Positions 22,745 to 35,796 of a stretch of 64,000 nucleotides of DNA are shown in pieces (position 1 is the stretch's first letter; each line of letters opens with the position of its first letter). The position numbers and the translations under genes were made by a program. The notes beneath the pieces were generated by a model that saw only the letters and a list, made by a program, of their open reading frames with translations, was not told the origin of the DNA and ran no database searches. This stretch comes from Takakia lepidozioides (Eukaryota; Plantae; Bryophyta): positions 51,398,001 through 51,462,000 of the forward strand of contig CM060732.1 in NCBI GenBank assembly GCA_030704615.1. Reading direction: 5' to 3'.

Positions 22745-23435
22745 AAACATAATGAACAGATGTGAAAGCCCTGTCAGATGGAAAACAACACAAATTCTTA
22801 GAAGCTAGCATGACTATAGGTGTTGGAGGAGCAGATGTTGAAGATTGTCTCACAAAGATTACGAGTCTTTGCAAGAGGCTTGAGTGGCAAGATTCTATGC
22901 GTTGGAAAAATGTGGCTACATATCTGGTTTGTCAAGTATTATGTACTTCAAGTATTCAAATGTTGAACAGGCTCATAAAGCACAAAATGGATGGGTGGAT
23001 CCACAAACTCCGCATCTTAGTCATCTTGTTCATTGCCAATTATTGAGAGACAAACTAGGTCTTCATACGCGTATTGGCATAGTGGGCTATTGTCTCAAAG
23101 ACATCAATGAACCACACTTTCGATTTGTGCATAAAGGTTTTGTTGCTAATCATATGCAACAGGGCATGGATGAATACATAAAGTTCAGTCACCAAAAATT
23201 GAATCTGCCCACAAATGTGGCATAAACACATAGTGCGTAAAAAGCTTCTGGCTATTCTCCTTGCAGTTCTTCTTCACATGGTAAGATCCGGGCAATATTA
23301 TCATGTAGCAGGGTAGATGGTTCCATTCAAAAACAGCGGCATGGATTATGAAAGATCCATATTATCCATCTAGAAATGTATGGTTTCACCGTAAGAGCTG
23401 ACCATGATTGATATGGCCTATTTTTTTTTTTGAGG
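22745..23435 (+). mobile_element. Degraded Replitron HUH-endonuclease transposase
   Basis: ASMTIGVGGADV...YALEK.G...GLHTRIGIVGYCLKDINEPHFRFV...LLHMVRSGQYY...GMDYER..KCMVSP match Replitron Rep blocks as I recall them; the HUH motif itself appears deleted; several frameshifts. Confidence 0.75.
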
Positions 23436-24523
23436 GCTCATCTCTTTTTCTAGACTTCAAGACTTGAGTTGCCAAAAATGTTGTCGTCGCAACAATTTCA
23501 TTGGACTGCAGCTCTTTGCAAAGTTTTGGTGCAAATGTCCCTCATGCTTCTGATAACCGTGACAGACTGGCACCAAATGATATCCCCATTGCTCTTCGGT
23601 TTGGTCGTTGCCATCATGTGTTCTCAAACTTTTGTATAGCTACTCTTCTTTGCACTCTACATATGTTTTCCATGTCTTGCACCTTTTTGTAATTTTCTAG
23701 TACAAAAGTTGTAAGTTTTAATAAAGTGACAATATCACCTTGGAGGATTAATTAATGTGCAACGATAGCTGAATGAGCCCCCAATAAATCCAAGGTACAT
23801 CAAAAACTGGTGACACCCAAGAATTGATCTCCTAAGAGTAAGCTTAAGTGCCAAGCCATGGATTCAATGTCGAAGTAACAACAAACTTGAACCGGGTTGT
23901 AAGTTTGAAGGCAATATCATAGAAAAATAGGTAGCATAAGAGCACCTGACATATGTATGCGGAACTAGGTACTAATTAGTGAACTGGGCAGTCTATGTAA
24001 CCCAGCAAATCATTAAGGCACAACTGACAGAGAAATTTAAAGAAATGAGTGGTAGAGTCGATGTTGAACTAGGAAAAGCTATAATAAAGTGCAAGAGAAC
24101 TAGAAGTAGTAGTCCGGAGAAGATGCCAATACAGACAGAGGAATATCAGAAAAACATCTTCTACTATTTTCTATTTCCTATGATTTCTCCAGCATGAATG
24201 TGTTGGCTTGTCTTCAAATCATATCATCCACATGTCGCACCTTTGATCCACGTCTCTCTAGCACTGAAGCGGAAGCGTCAGAGACGAGAATTGGGAGAGT
24301 CAGTACCTGCTCTGAAGAAGTTTTGTGCAAGAAATGATTTCTTTCTCTTGTTATGTATGTTTCTGGGTGTTGCACCTGAAACCTACGGAATGGGTGGAGC
24401 AAGGAAAAGTACAAGGGACTGCTGGTAATCTCTCATGTTTTTTTTTGTTGTAGTGAGGGGCAAAAGAATTGGCATTATCATGACAAAGAGGATGACAAAG
24501 AGGGTATGAAAAAGCGCAGAAAG

Positions 24524-25489
24524 AAGGTGCAAGAGTCCTCGGCGTCCGGTCAGTGGTCGCACGTCTCTCTGAATTCATTGTTGGGATCCCCTGTGAGGAG
24601 GGACCACCAGCAGGGGGTGTGGTTGTCCTCCCCCATGCCATTGCCACTTACAAGCATGGCAACCATCAAGATTTGGAGCTTGGACAGACCCTATCAGCGT
24701 TTGTAGAGAGTACATGAACTTAACTTGAGTGTGACGTTACTTTCTTCATTGATGCCACTAGTTTTCCTAAGTTTGTAAACGCCCCAAGACATGAGTATTA
24801 CCTTGTGGGTGGGGTAGAGTACTTAATGCTAGGGCGATCCCTAGACCAGCAAGGGCGCGTTGCTGTAAGGTGGGGGAACCTCTTAAGTGATAGAGCCTCC
24901 CATTTGGGACGTGTTAAAGGATCCAGTGGCTGCAACGACGGCGACAACGGGGCAGGCCTCTTTTCGTTTCCGCACGGGGGCTTCATTGGCATGAACCTAG
25001 GGAGTGATCGCACTCCAATTTCAGTTGATACAATGCTAGGTACACTTGGGAGTCGAAGAACTCCCCGAAACCAATTAATCAACTCCGCGTTTTTGAGGCT
25101 CCTAGCCTTAAGTTTACCCCAACAGGTCCCTGCTGAGGAGGAGGAGGAGGAGGAGGAGGCGGTCCACAAGGGGAAACTATTTCCTCTTGTGTGTCCTGAC
25201 ACCCACTACCTCCCGGGGAGTGAGCCTCAGACGTACAAACAAGGTGCAAGAGTCCCTCTGCGTCCGGTCACTGGTCGCGTGACTCTCTGAGTTCATTGTT
25301 AGGATCCCTCGTGAGGATGGACCATCTGCAAGGGGTGTGGTTGTCCTCCCCCATGCCATTGCTTCCTACAGGCATGAAAACCAGATCTCGAACTTGGACA
25401 AACCCTATCAGCGTTTGTAGAGAGTACATGAACTGAAATTGAGTGTCACGTTGCTTTCCTCAGTGATGCCCTAGATCTTGTTTCCTAAG
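24524..25489. repeat. Diverged ~240-bp direct repeat pair (24524-~24770 and 25241-~25489)
   Basis: Shared blocks such as GGGGTGTGGTTGTCCTCCCCATGCCATTGC and CCCTATCAGCGTTTGTAGAGAGTACATGAACT; a (GAG)n tract lies between them. Confidence 0.85.
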
Positions 25490-25504
25490 ACCCGAACCTC
25501 CCGC

Positions 25505-26230
25505 TAGCTGAGATTTTGGATGTCTCTATCATCAATTCAATGACTTTCTTCGCGCATGTGCTCATCGTTACATGGTAGCAAATAACGACATTAGAATGAT
25601 ATGACAATGATCATCATTCCACGGATACATTCCTCCCGTGAATATTGAGATTTTAGATGTCTACATCATCGATTCGATGGCTTTCTTTGCACATGCTATG
25701 CTCATCGTACAACACGAAACACAGACATATTTGAAACTAGATATCACGATTGTACAAATACATTCCTTCCACTAATCTAGTTTTGTGGATGTTTGCATCA
25801 ACAATTCAATGACTTTTATCACAAATGTACTTATTGTACAACACAACACAAAAATATTGGAACGAAAATTACCAGAATCGTTATTCCACAAATACATTCA
25901 TTTTGCTAGTTTAGATATTTGGATATTTGCATTGATGTCTGTTCAAATAATTTTTTCTGCACAAGTGCTCATCAACGTCATTAAAATGAGATAACCACGA
26001 TCGTCATTACACAGATGCATTCATCCTGCTAGCAATGAAGATTTAATTTGGATGTCTGCATGGTCAGTTCAATGATTTTCTTTGCAGATGTGCTCATTGT
26101 ATAGTAGATTACAAAAACATAAATGAGATTATCAAAGATACAGTCCTCCCATTAACAATTAAGATTTTTGGATGTCTGCATCATCAATTCAATGACTTGC
26201 TTCGCACACATTGTGTTTATTGTATAGTGA
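25505..26230. repeat. Degenerate tandem repeat, about six units of ~130 bp
   Basis: Recurring GATTTTGGATGTCT.CATCATCAATTCAATGACTT...GTGCTCATCGTA...ATACATTC motif. Confidence 0.8.
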
Positions 26231-27482
26231 AAAACAGATACAAAAAGACACAACTTATATATGTTTACTTACGGGATCTGAGGTTGCAGAGACAACTTTA
26301 TTATGGATCCTAGCTCTTTCTGATCCAACTTTTTTTTTTGGCTGAATTACTTCAAGTTGTGGGTGATGCTAGATTGGGTTTCATTTGTTTGTGGGGTTTT
26401 ACTTTTCCACTTAGAGGTTTTAGTTAACTCTTATAAAAGTAGATATATATGTATGCGTTGCCGAAGCAAGCTTAACTTATGATATCACTTGATCCTAAAG
26501 GGCTACCATCTTTCAACTAGAAGGTGGACATCTTTATGACATTCGACATATGGATTGAAACCAACCACTACTGAAATGGTTTATGCCCTTACCACTAGGC
26601 TAAATATTGGTTATAACTCTTGTGTAGTCACCTCATTTACAAAGCTTGCCCTTTCGAACTCATGTAAAGCTTTCAAAATATTTGGTTTTCGTCCTCAAAT
26701 GGAGCAATGGCATCCCCTAGGCTTACCTGAGGCCGAGGGCAAACTAATCTCTCTAATAATAAAATAAACTTAAATACCACCACTAGTTCATTCGTAGCTC
26801 TGAATAGCTTATAGAGCATCATGTTTTACGTCATGGGTTCGGCTCCGGACCCTATAGTTTAGTTGGTTTCAACCAGTGTTGTTCTGGTATCAGGTTTAGG
26901 ACAATATACCAGACTGGTCCTGGTACTAGACGTATCACATAATTTTATACCAGCATGGTCTATATAATGGTGGATGTATATTTTTCTAGATACTGGTATG
27001 AGTATGAGTATCATGACCACAACACCAGCTGGTACAAGATATCAATTCTGGTATCATTCCAAAGCCATACAAGTTTATCACATAGCAAATATCAAGTGAA
27101 AACAAATACAATACAAATAAAGAAATAAACATGTATAAGTACAAATATGTAGGCATATGTACACATAAATTAGTATAGTATACATACCAGAGTAAATGAG
27201 GAAGACAGCAGGGGAGTACTGGTATTGTGGCTGGTATGAAAAAACTGATACCAGCCTGGTCTGGAATCTATCTGATACCAGTGCATATACCACTTTATAC
27301 CAGTCCTTCACCTATATACTATATACCACACCATCAACAACCCCCAACAAGGGGATTTTGTGGCCTTTGGATGTTGTGAAAATACAATAATAATATATGA
27401 CGCCTCCCGAAGGAAACGTAAATCATGTGTCTCTTGACCCCAAAGGGATATTGCCTTTGTGACACCAATAGGTGGATTAAAC

Positions 27483-27825
27483 CAGCGTTGGGTGGTTATT
27501 TGATTTTTTTCATAACCGGTAGTTCCGGTTGCTTCAAATTTTAGGAAACTACTAACCTGCAGTTGCAGTTATTAAAAATTTTATGGCTAACTTGCGTTTG
27601 CGGTTACTTGCAAAAACCTCAAATAGCCGGTTTTCATCAAATAACCATGGGTATTGGGCGGTTCTTTAAAAGGTTCTTTGCTCGGTTATTTGTATTCTTG
27701 ACCTCCGCCGGTTCCTAACTGGACCGGTTACTTCATTTTTTCACCTCCATCGGTCAGTATATATATATAACTGGATAGGTAACCGCCGCGTATTAGAGAG
27801 AAATTTAAATAACTGCCCAACACTC
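27483..27825. mobile_element. hAT-type MITE
   Basis: Imperfect TIRs CAGCGTTGGGTGGTTATTT / AAATAACTGCCCAACACTC, perfect 8-bp TSD GATTAAAC (27475-27482, 27826-27833), many subterminal AACCGG/CCGGTT motifs. Confidence 0.88.
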
Positions 27826-30045
27826 GATTAAACCAACAACCACTTCCAAGGCAGTATGTGGTATGTGCCCATTACCACTCGGCTACAACTTGGTTGTCTT
27901 GGATGTTGTTAAAGCTCTATAGCTGTATAATATGAAAAGGGGATTGACCAATAATAATAATAAAACTTAAAATAAGAAAATAATTAGAAACATAAAATTT
28001 AAATTAATACAAAATACTAATAGAAAAAAAGAGAAAGTAAATTGGCTGCACAGTCAAAGACCTAATAATGAATGATTGCAGAGCTTGGTAGCGTTGGCAA
28101 GCAAAACAAGCAAAATAAAGTTGATTTGACGTGACCCAGAGTGCGGTGATTGGGTCAGAGAAATATTGTGTACGCTTTTATATAAAGCAGGCCCACTGAT
28201 AATAATACTAGTCACATCCATGGCAGAGAGGGCATGGGCAGCAGTGGACGGACGGCGGTTGCTCAGATTCCAACGGGCGTCGTGGCAAGCCTTCATTAAC
28301 TTGCGGCACTTGCTCCTACTCGAGTCTTGGCTTCACTAAACACTCACTAAGTCATTGGATTAAGTATGTAAAGCTTCGTACACCAGTAGAGGAATATGGT
28401 GACCTTCAAGGCTCGCTGTTTCAACGTGGGAGAATTTGCATCACTTTCCATCATGGGGGCATTATGCTTCTACCGCTTTTGATGAAGAGATTTTCAACTA
28501 TCATATAGATTAGCCTGTCTATGAACTGAGATACTCTACTAAAAAGGAAGTTGAATATTCACTAATACCTTGCAGATCAGTGAACCTTACTGAACACCAA
28601 GTCAATACCACTATCCCGCTTATTGATTAGTAAGTCCTGACTATAAAACGGTTGTTCCATTTTAAAACTGTAAATGTCTCTTTCAGCCGCCCTGATGTAC
28701 CCTCACTAATCGTGCAACCCACAATTAGCTGTGACTATACCAGCCAGACGTTTCCGTCCCTACCTGACACTCCAACTGGCAAGAACAGAAATAATATTTT
28801 AACATGAACATTCCGCCTTTATAGAGAGTGTTTTAGAGAGTTCTAAATTTCAAGTATCCCCACTTCAAGTTGGAATGGAAAGTATCCATTTGATTGCAGT
28901 CGATAAAGTCTTCTGCAGCTGATCTCACCAAGCAAAAACCAGATCTCCTATTTGCGTACTACTTGTAAGAGCAGATTGATGCAGTGCAGTGCAGCTTCAA
29001 CTCTGAGCGCAGTGTACTCTCTCAATAAAACCACTTCTTCCATATATTTTTCAGGATAAGGAAGTGATATACGTGCTGGTTGTTTGGTGTATGGATATTC
29101 TTTGTGCATTAGAGATGCCACTCAATGTACATTTCAGTATGCAAACGCAGTGGTAGTCATGCATTTTAATGAGATCTCCTACTCTGCGTGGAGATGCCCT
29201 TCAAGATGCCGATAGTAGAATAGTAGAATTTTCTCTCTGTAGCGAACAAGCTTAATCTCTGATAATTTAGAGCTCTACCACTCTGGTGGCATCATAGTTC
29301 AACTGTGTGAGTTTTCTTCACAACATGATTCCATCACACAGTGTAACCTGCAGGCCGGTTACCCAATATCGCTGGGCATAACTGTGGCAGCAGCAGCAGC
29401 CAGTTACATGCTGCGAGGAAGTTTCCTGTCGCTCACGTGCCCCGAGAAGAGTAGGGCCAGGCCCGAAAGATAGTAAAGATCGTGGCGATTAGACATACGG
29501 GCGCTTTGAACGGACACTCGGGGGACGCTCTGACTCAAGTGTGCACAAGTTGTGCACCTGAGCCTGTCCCCTTTTGGCGGTGGATTGATCATGGGTTTAC
29601 TGGATGTGGGTGAACACTAGCTGAATCTGCTTTCATTTCCTCCATATTATTTTGCAAATTGAGCCACAATGGTTTAATCGCATCAGCTGATCTATCACTC
29701 CAAAGAAAGAGATATATAGAGTAACATAGTTTAAATATTATGCACTGATCACGAGGTTCAAAGGATTTCAACCTCTCTATGGGATGTTCAACAATCATTC
29801 TTAAGGAGAACCCAAGTGGATGAAAATTATCTATTTACTAACCAGGACGGTTAAGGTTGAACAGCTTGGTGGGCCCTTGCAGTCTCGTCGTGACCAAACT
29901 GGCTGCGCAGGCTTTCCTGATGCTGCTTCTCTTTCTCTCCAGCAGCTTGGCCTCTTGGTGGCATTTTTAGTTTGTGTTGCTCTTGGTCTGCATTGGAGAT
30001 CCTTTCATCTCAGACTGCATATGGAGACCTAGCTGTGATAGGGAA

Positions 30046-31190
30046 ATGGGAAATTGGATACGTAGCTGGATCCGTGAGCCCATTAAAACATTGTGGGGCT
30101 CCATCACTCAGAGATTGAGGCCCCGTGGGCGGGTTACTACACCGAGCTTTCCTTCCTTGCAGATCGATATCTCTCAGGAAGGTCTGTATTGCAGTCTGAA
30201 TGTGGTTGAATCGTTGCGGGGACAGCTAATGTGTAGGAATTATGGGACTTAACGGAACGTTTGTGGGGATTTGCAGAATGAACCACAGTTGAACGCAGTG
30301 ATTGAGGCCCAGTAGGCTGGTTATCGCACCTAGCTTACCTTCCGATCGATTCGATAGTCCACTGTCAGGACGTTGTTATTGGAGATGTTTAGACGTGAAT
30401 GTAGTTGAAACATTGCAGGAGGGGGAGTGCAGGTAATTGAACGTTGTGGCTGGGAATATAGCTAAACATAAGGAAACTGAATCGGAAATTGTGAGAATGG
30501 ACGGAATGGGTTACAATTACACCCGTTTCCTGCTTCTCTCAGGAAGGTTTGTTGCTGGAGATGTTTATGTACGTGAATGTAGTTGAATTGTTGCAGAGGT
30601 AGCTAAACCTATGGGGGTGGGCTCTCGGATGGACTGGGAATCACGGTCTGCACTAGAGTCTACAGTCGAAATTCATTAGAGGAACCGTTACGTTGTGGGG
30701 ATAGCAGCTACACATGTCCACGGCCGTAACTTAACAGACCGTTGTGAGGGTGAGGATGGGCGGAATAGGTTAGAGTTACACCCTTTTCCTGCCTCCTATC
30801 GATACTAATTTGCAGTCAAAAGCTTATCTAGACTTCTTCATGGATTTTGTAGGGCTGCGCTCCTCTCGCCATGCCAAGTTACACAAGGAGGTGAAGTCAT
30901 CCAACTACCAAGATGTTCACTCGCTTTGGGAGTTGCTACTTCAGCAAGGCCACAATACAGCTTTGAATTCTTCACCGACTCCTCTGCTTACTCGTGGCCT
31001 GGAGTTGCTGCATCGTCAGGGCCACACGGCTGTGGATTCTCATTCGTTTGCTCATGGGGACTCTACATCTGTATCCCATACATGTGGTGAAAGTACTCAT
31101 GATTATCACTCCCCCATGACCTTGGAGAGTGTTTGGGGAGATCTTCTCGCTGCTGGCAAGGAGGTTAGAGGGCTGACTGAAAATGTCTAG
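30046..31190 (+). CDS. Small uncharacterised plant protein, two exons (splice sites uncertain)
   Basis: Exon 1 MGNWIRSWIREPIKTLWGSITQRLRPRG, exon 2 ...HAKLHKEVKSSNYQDVHSLWELL. Resembles the plant family with M.W...P.K..W...L..DV.SC.Y.DV..LW..L (recalled as PANTHER PTHR33181). Candidate acceptors at 30815 or 30852. Confidence 0.6.
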
Positions 31191-31222
31191 GCACATGTTA
31201 CTGAGAATATCAACAAAGATCA

Positions 31223-32855
31223 GGGTGGTATCTTCAGGGATTCCACAGAAGCTATGGATGGAATCCATTTGTGTCTAGGACTCCCTGGGAAACCATACCA
31301 AACACATCAGATCGGTCTTTTTGCCCTCTGCTCTTTTGGCTGAGCTACCAACAAGACAGATTACAGCTTTGAACAAAGAAAGTTGTATTTGGACTGGAAG
31401 TTTGTAAGCACTGTTAATTGAGCACTGTTTTGGCTTTTATTCAATGGAAGGATAACCTGGTGGTATATTCAGGGATTCCATCCATTTGTGTCTGGACTCA
31501 TCCATACCAAACACATCACATAGGTCTTTGTCCTCTGCTCTTTTGGCTGAGCTACCAACAGAACAGATTACAGCTTTGAACAAAGAAAGTTGTATTTGGA
31601 CTGGAAGTTTGTAAGCATTGTTAATTGAGCACTGTTTTGGCTTTTATTCAATGGAAGGATAACCTGGTGGTATATTCAGGGATTCCACAAAAGCTATGGA
31701 TGGAATGCATTTGTGTCTAGGACTCCCGGGGAAACCATACCAAACACGTCACATAGGTCTTTTTGTCCTCTGCTCTTTTGGCTGAGCTACCAACAAGACG
31801 GATTACAGCTTTGGACAAATGAAATCCATAAGTCCACGAGAGGGCCGAAAGGGCCTAGGAGAAATGAAATGAAATGGTGTTTTATAACGTCCACGGAAAG
31901 CTCATAGAGCTTATGGGCCAAAATGGAAGAAAACATGAGAGAGGAAACAAAACCAGAACCAAAAGAATAAGAACTAATGTTCTAGTGATTGTCTAAGGGT
32001 GAAGGCCTCGTGCAGGTAAGCTGCCAAACAACAAAGAAAGTTGAATTTGGACTGGAAGTTTGTAAGCACTGTTTTGGCTTTTATTCAATGGAAGGATAAC
32101 CTGGTGGTATATTCAGGAATTCCACATAAGCTATGGATGGAAGCCGTCTCTGTCTAAAGACAGTACCATAACACACCAAATAGGCTCCTCCTATGCTCTT
32201 TTTGGCTTATTTACCAACAGGTAGATTACAGCTTTGAACAAGGAAAATTGTATCTCGACTCGAAGGTTGTGGCATTGTTTTGGCCTTTGAATCAATGGAA
32301 AGATAACTTAGTGATATGTTCAAGGATTCCAGGATAAGTTTTTTTTCCTCTGATCCTTGGAAATAACTAAACCTATAACACTGAATCTATAGTAGCACAA
32401 ACTATGATGTATCCAATATCGAAATTGCTCCACTTAAGCTCTTCGCTCTTCTCTTTTGAGAGCTTTTTCAGTGATTTGTTTGAGGTTTTGCTATTTGTGA
32501 GGAACCCTTTTCTTTTGGTTGCCTGATAGGATGATTGATATGGAATGAATGTTCATGACAGTGAACAAAACTAAGGGTTCTAATTCTGGGGTGCTTTCCA
32601 TCCAAGTTCTTCATTGCTATACATACAAATACCTACAAATAACTAGTTCCCAAGTAGAAGTACTTCGGTGTAGTGCTCGTTCCCAAGTACTCCCCTAAAC
32701 CTAAAGGGACACTCGGAAACAGGAACGTAAGTTGTCATGTTACCCTTCCATTGATTCGAAAGCCAAAACCGTGCTCAAAGAGTGCCACAAATTTCCAGTG
32801 CAGATACAATTTTCTTTGTTCAAAGCTGTAATCGTCTTGTTGGTAGCTAAGCGGC
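31223..32855. repeat. Degenerate ~230-bp tandem array (4-5 units, 31223-~32335) with a partial inverted copy at ~32738-32852
   Basis: Repeated GCTCTTTTGGCTGAGCTACCAACA..ACAGATTACAGCTTTGAACAAAGAAAGTTG...TTCAATGGAAGGATAAC; a ~210-bp unrelated insert at ~31820-32030. Confidence 0.88.
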
Positions 32856-32895
32856 ACGCACATGTATATCCGTTTCACAAGCATCACGATTCGGA

Positions 32896-33576
32896 CTAGG
32901 GTGATGAAGGAGGGGAGGGAGTTGGTGATGGGATGCCTGCTCGTCGACCATACAGCCTGTAGCAATACTTGTAACCCCGTGTCTCACGAATATAATCTAT
33001 CTCATCTTGAGGAAAGAAGACTGTCACCTCTGGAACCGGATGGGCCTCAAGCACAGGTACCAAACCCTCCTCAAATGCATCCCTTGCGGCTTCATTGCGG
33101 GCGATGGCAGCAACTCGAGCCTGTGTATAATAGGGAATAAGTTAACACCAATTATTTCACAATTCAACTACTGTATTATAGAGTTGAGAAGCAGTTGAGA
33201 ACGAACATTACAAGCCTACAGATCAACAATGATGTAGAGAGTTGCTAGCACTCACCCTGGCGGCATCAGCAATGCCATATCTTTCATAATGTTCCTCCAC
33301 AATACGTGCTTGTCTTAAAACGGGCCAATAGATTATCCCATAGGCCCGCGGCCAACACCTCTTACACCAACACTCCAGCTTCCGAGAAAGCTGCCGCTCC
33401 CAGTAGGGCCTGCTTGGGACTCGTGGTGGCTGTGGCTCTGGACTGGGAAGCCTCCGACTTGGAGATGGCGAGCGAGGTGCAGCGGCCCCAACATTCCTTG
33501 AGCTCTGCCCTTCAAGTCGGGGTGCCCTAGCCCGAGCAGCTGGGTACTCGTCCTCCTCCACTCGGGCACATACCAT
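32896..33576 (-). CDS. Putative two-exon gene, ~181 aa, unknown function
   Basis: ATG at 33576, exon to 33256, donor GTGAGT, acceptor CAG before 33120, phase 0/0, open to TAG at 32896; contains CWCKRC...EEHYERYG. Confidence 0.5.
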
Positions 33577-34079
33577 CGCTGTACAATCCCTGTAGAGATG
33601 TAGCAAACTGGAGTAAATACGTAAATACATTCTGGATGAAAGTAATGTCCAAAATAGACATTACTTTCATCCCAGGCCCTGGTGGGGTCGCTATGAGAAA
33701 CTTGCGACGGCGCCAGCGTCGTTTTCTCTGTCTCTCTCGCTCTCCAAACCTTCTCTTCAGGAGAGAAGCTTGGATCTCGACTCCTCTCGATTGTATACAT
33801 CTATGTCTTGCGTTCAGTTTCGGGACAAAGCTTAGAATTCTGTTTCTTCTTGTTTTCTAGTTCACCGCCTTCTCTTTTCACGTTTTTTTTTCAGTCATTG
33901 GAAGTAGAGGATCAGAAGTGTACCTGCAGGTGTTGATGGCGGGAGTGCGGAGAGGGAGAGGACCGAGCTGGAGCGCTTCACCTTCACCGACCCACGCTTA
34001 GACCTGCAGCCACACGCGCCTCCAAGGTAAGTGGTGAGTAATCGTTCTCCTCCATTTGATTTTCCTCTCAATATTGTCG

Positions 34080-34552
34080 ACTCTCTCTTTCTCTCTCTCT
34101 CTCTCCCCCTCTCGCTCTCTCTTTCCGCATCTCTGTCTCTCTCTCTTTGTCTCTCTCCCCCCGCGGCATCTTACCCTAGAGCTAGAGCGGCGGCGCCAAC
34201 TCACGCAGAACCAGAGCAGAACCAGAACCCGCTGCCCCGGGAAAATGAAGTGCCTTCTTCGTCTGATACCTCACATGGTAGCATGTTTTCTAGGGTTTCT
34301 ATCTCTACAAACCATTGACTCTCTCAGAAGCAAACAAGAGATTCCCTACATCTGGTCTGACCTATTGAGACTACTTTCAGATTAGAAATGGGGGAGCTGC
34401 TGCTTACTCCAACATTACAGGGGGTCTCTCTCCCCCCGCGGCATCTTACCCTAGAGCTAGAGCGGCGGCGCCAAGTCACGCAGAACCAGAACCCGTGGCC
34501 CCGGGAAAGATTACAAATGGGGAAGCTGCGCTTACTCCAACATTACAGGGGG
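34080..34552. repeat. (CT)n microsatellite followed by short local duplications
   Basis: CT tract at 34080-34158; ~34150-34245 repeated at ~34424-34508; ~34386-34422 repeated at ~34515-34551. Confidence 0.8.
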
Positions 34553-35796
34553 CTTAATATTTCTGTGAGAGTAAGGCGACAAATACCCAGCCAATGGGCA
34601 GTGAGAAAAAGCACAAATGTTAGTTAAGGCTTTCATCATGTCAGGCTTTCCTGTTCTGGTTGATGATGCTGTCATGTCTACTATGCATCTTCGATGGCCA
34701 GGAATGGCACTGTGCAAGACGAAATGAGATGGTTTATAATACTGAAGGCCTCGACATTTCCAATGCACACCATATGTCACAGGGCGGATGAAGGAGACCC
34801 CTTAAAGACTCACCACTCACAATCTCTTGTTGACGCCGCCAAGTTCTCTTGCAAAGCCTCTGGAACCCTCAACGTTGTTGTCCAGCTCTGCCTACAGTGC
34901 TAGTCCAGGGTTCCAAGCCCCAAACATGTGTACATGCCGCCCTCTCCCTCTTTAGCTGTTTCACAGCAAGTTTACATTGAGTATATGTTTCTACAGTTGA
35001 GTTCGTGTGGGGTGATTTGGAGTTTTATACAGATTTTTAGTCGCACACCAAATCCATTCATGAATCCCACTGGCACCGCTCCCACACTGTCTTTGGATCA
35101 CCAAGACATTCGTCAACTACAACGAGAAAACCCTAACTCTAGCCTCTCTCATACTCTCAAGTAATTGGCCATTCTGAACGTTATCATGGCATGCGACTGT
35201 TGTAATGTGTGGTAATGCTGCGAAGATTGGTGGATCTCTGGTTAGATCGTGCAAGGGTCCTCCATGCCCTCGGCTATCGTCTTAAGGGGAACGAACAGCG
35301 AGCCCGAGGTATCTATTATGAGAGCAAAGCTAGGCACTAATGTTGATGTGAGGCTTTCAACACAGCTGCTTCGCAGCCAAGCTTCGTTGACTATTGGTCT
35401 AGTTTTCTGGACATAAATGAAGGTATGGAGATATCATTCAAGGGGGTGAGTCTCAAGTATATGATGACCCCAACCCGCGGGGTACATCACGTTACCACTT
35501 GAATCAAGTCGAGGTACAATATGAATGAAGTCAAGTAAAAATGTGCAGTGCAACAGGCACCACTAGTTCAGTATATAATTTGCTGCTGTCCAAAGAATGA
35601 ACTAATTCCCGCTGCCCTGCAGATTTTTCCTCCTCAAAAATATCCCCTCCCGAGGCTCTGTTTCAACTTTCAACTTGTGTTTCAGTAAACAGTGCCCTAT
35701 TGCTCCAAAACAACATCCACGTAATTTTCCTAAATCTGAACGATCACTAGACTCATGAAATGGTCGCATCCTCAAGTCAGCCCGAAAGGACCCCGA

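Noticed and set aside
26850-27315. Possible MITE rich in CTGGTAT/ATACCAG motifs
   Set aside because: Could not define convincing TIRs or a TSD.
25505-32335. CRISPR-like arrays at 25505-26230 and 31223-32335
   Set aside because: Long degenerate tandem units without identical short repeats and unique spacers; no cas genes; eukaryotic context.
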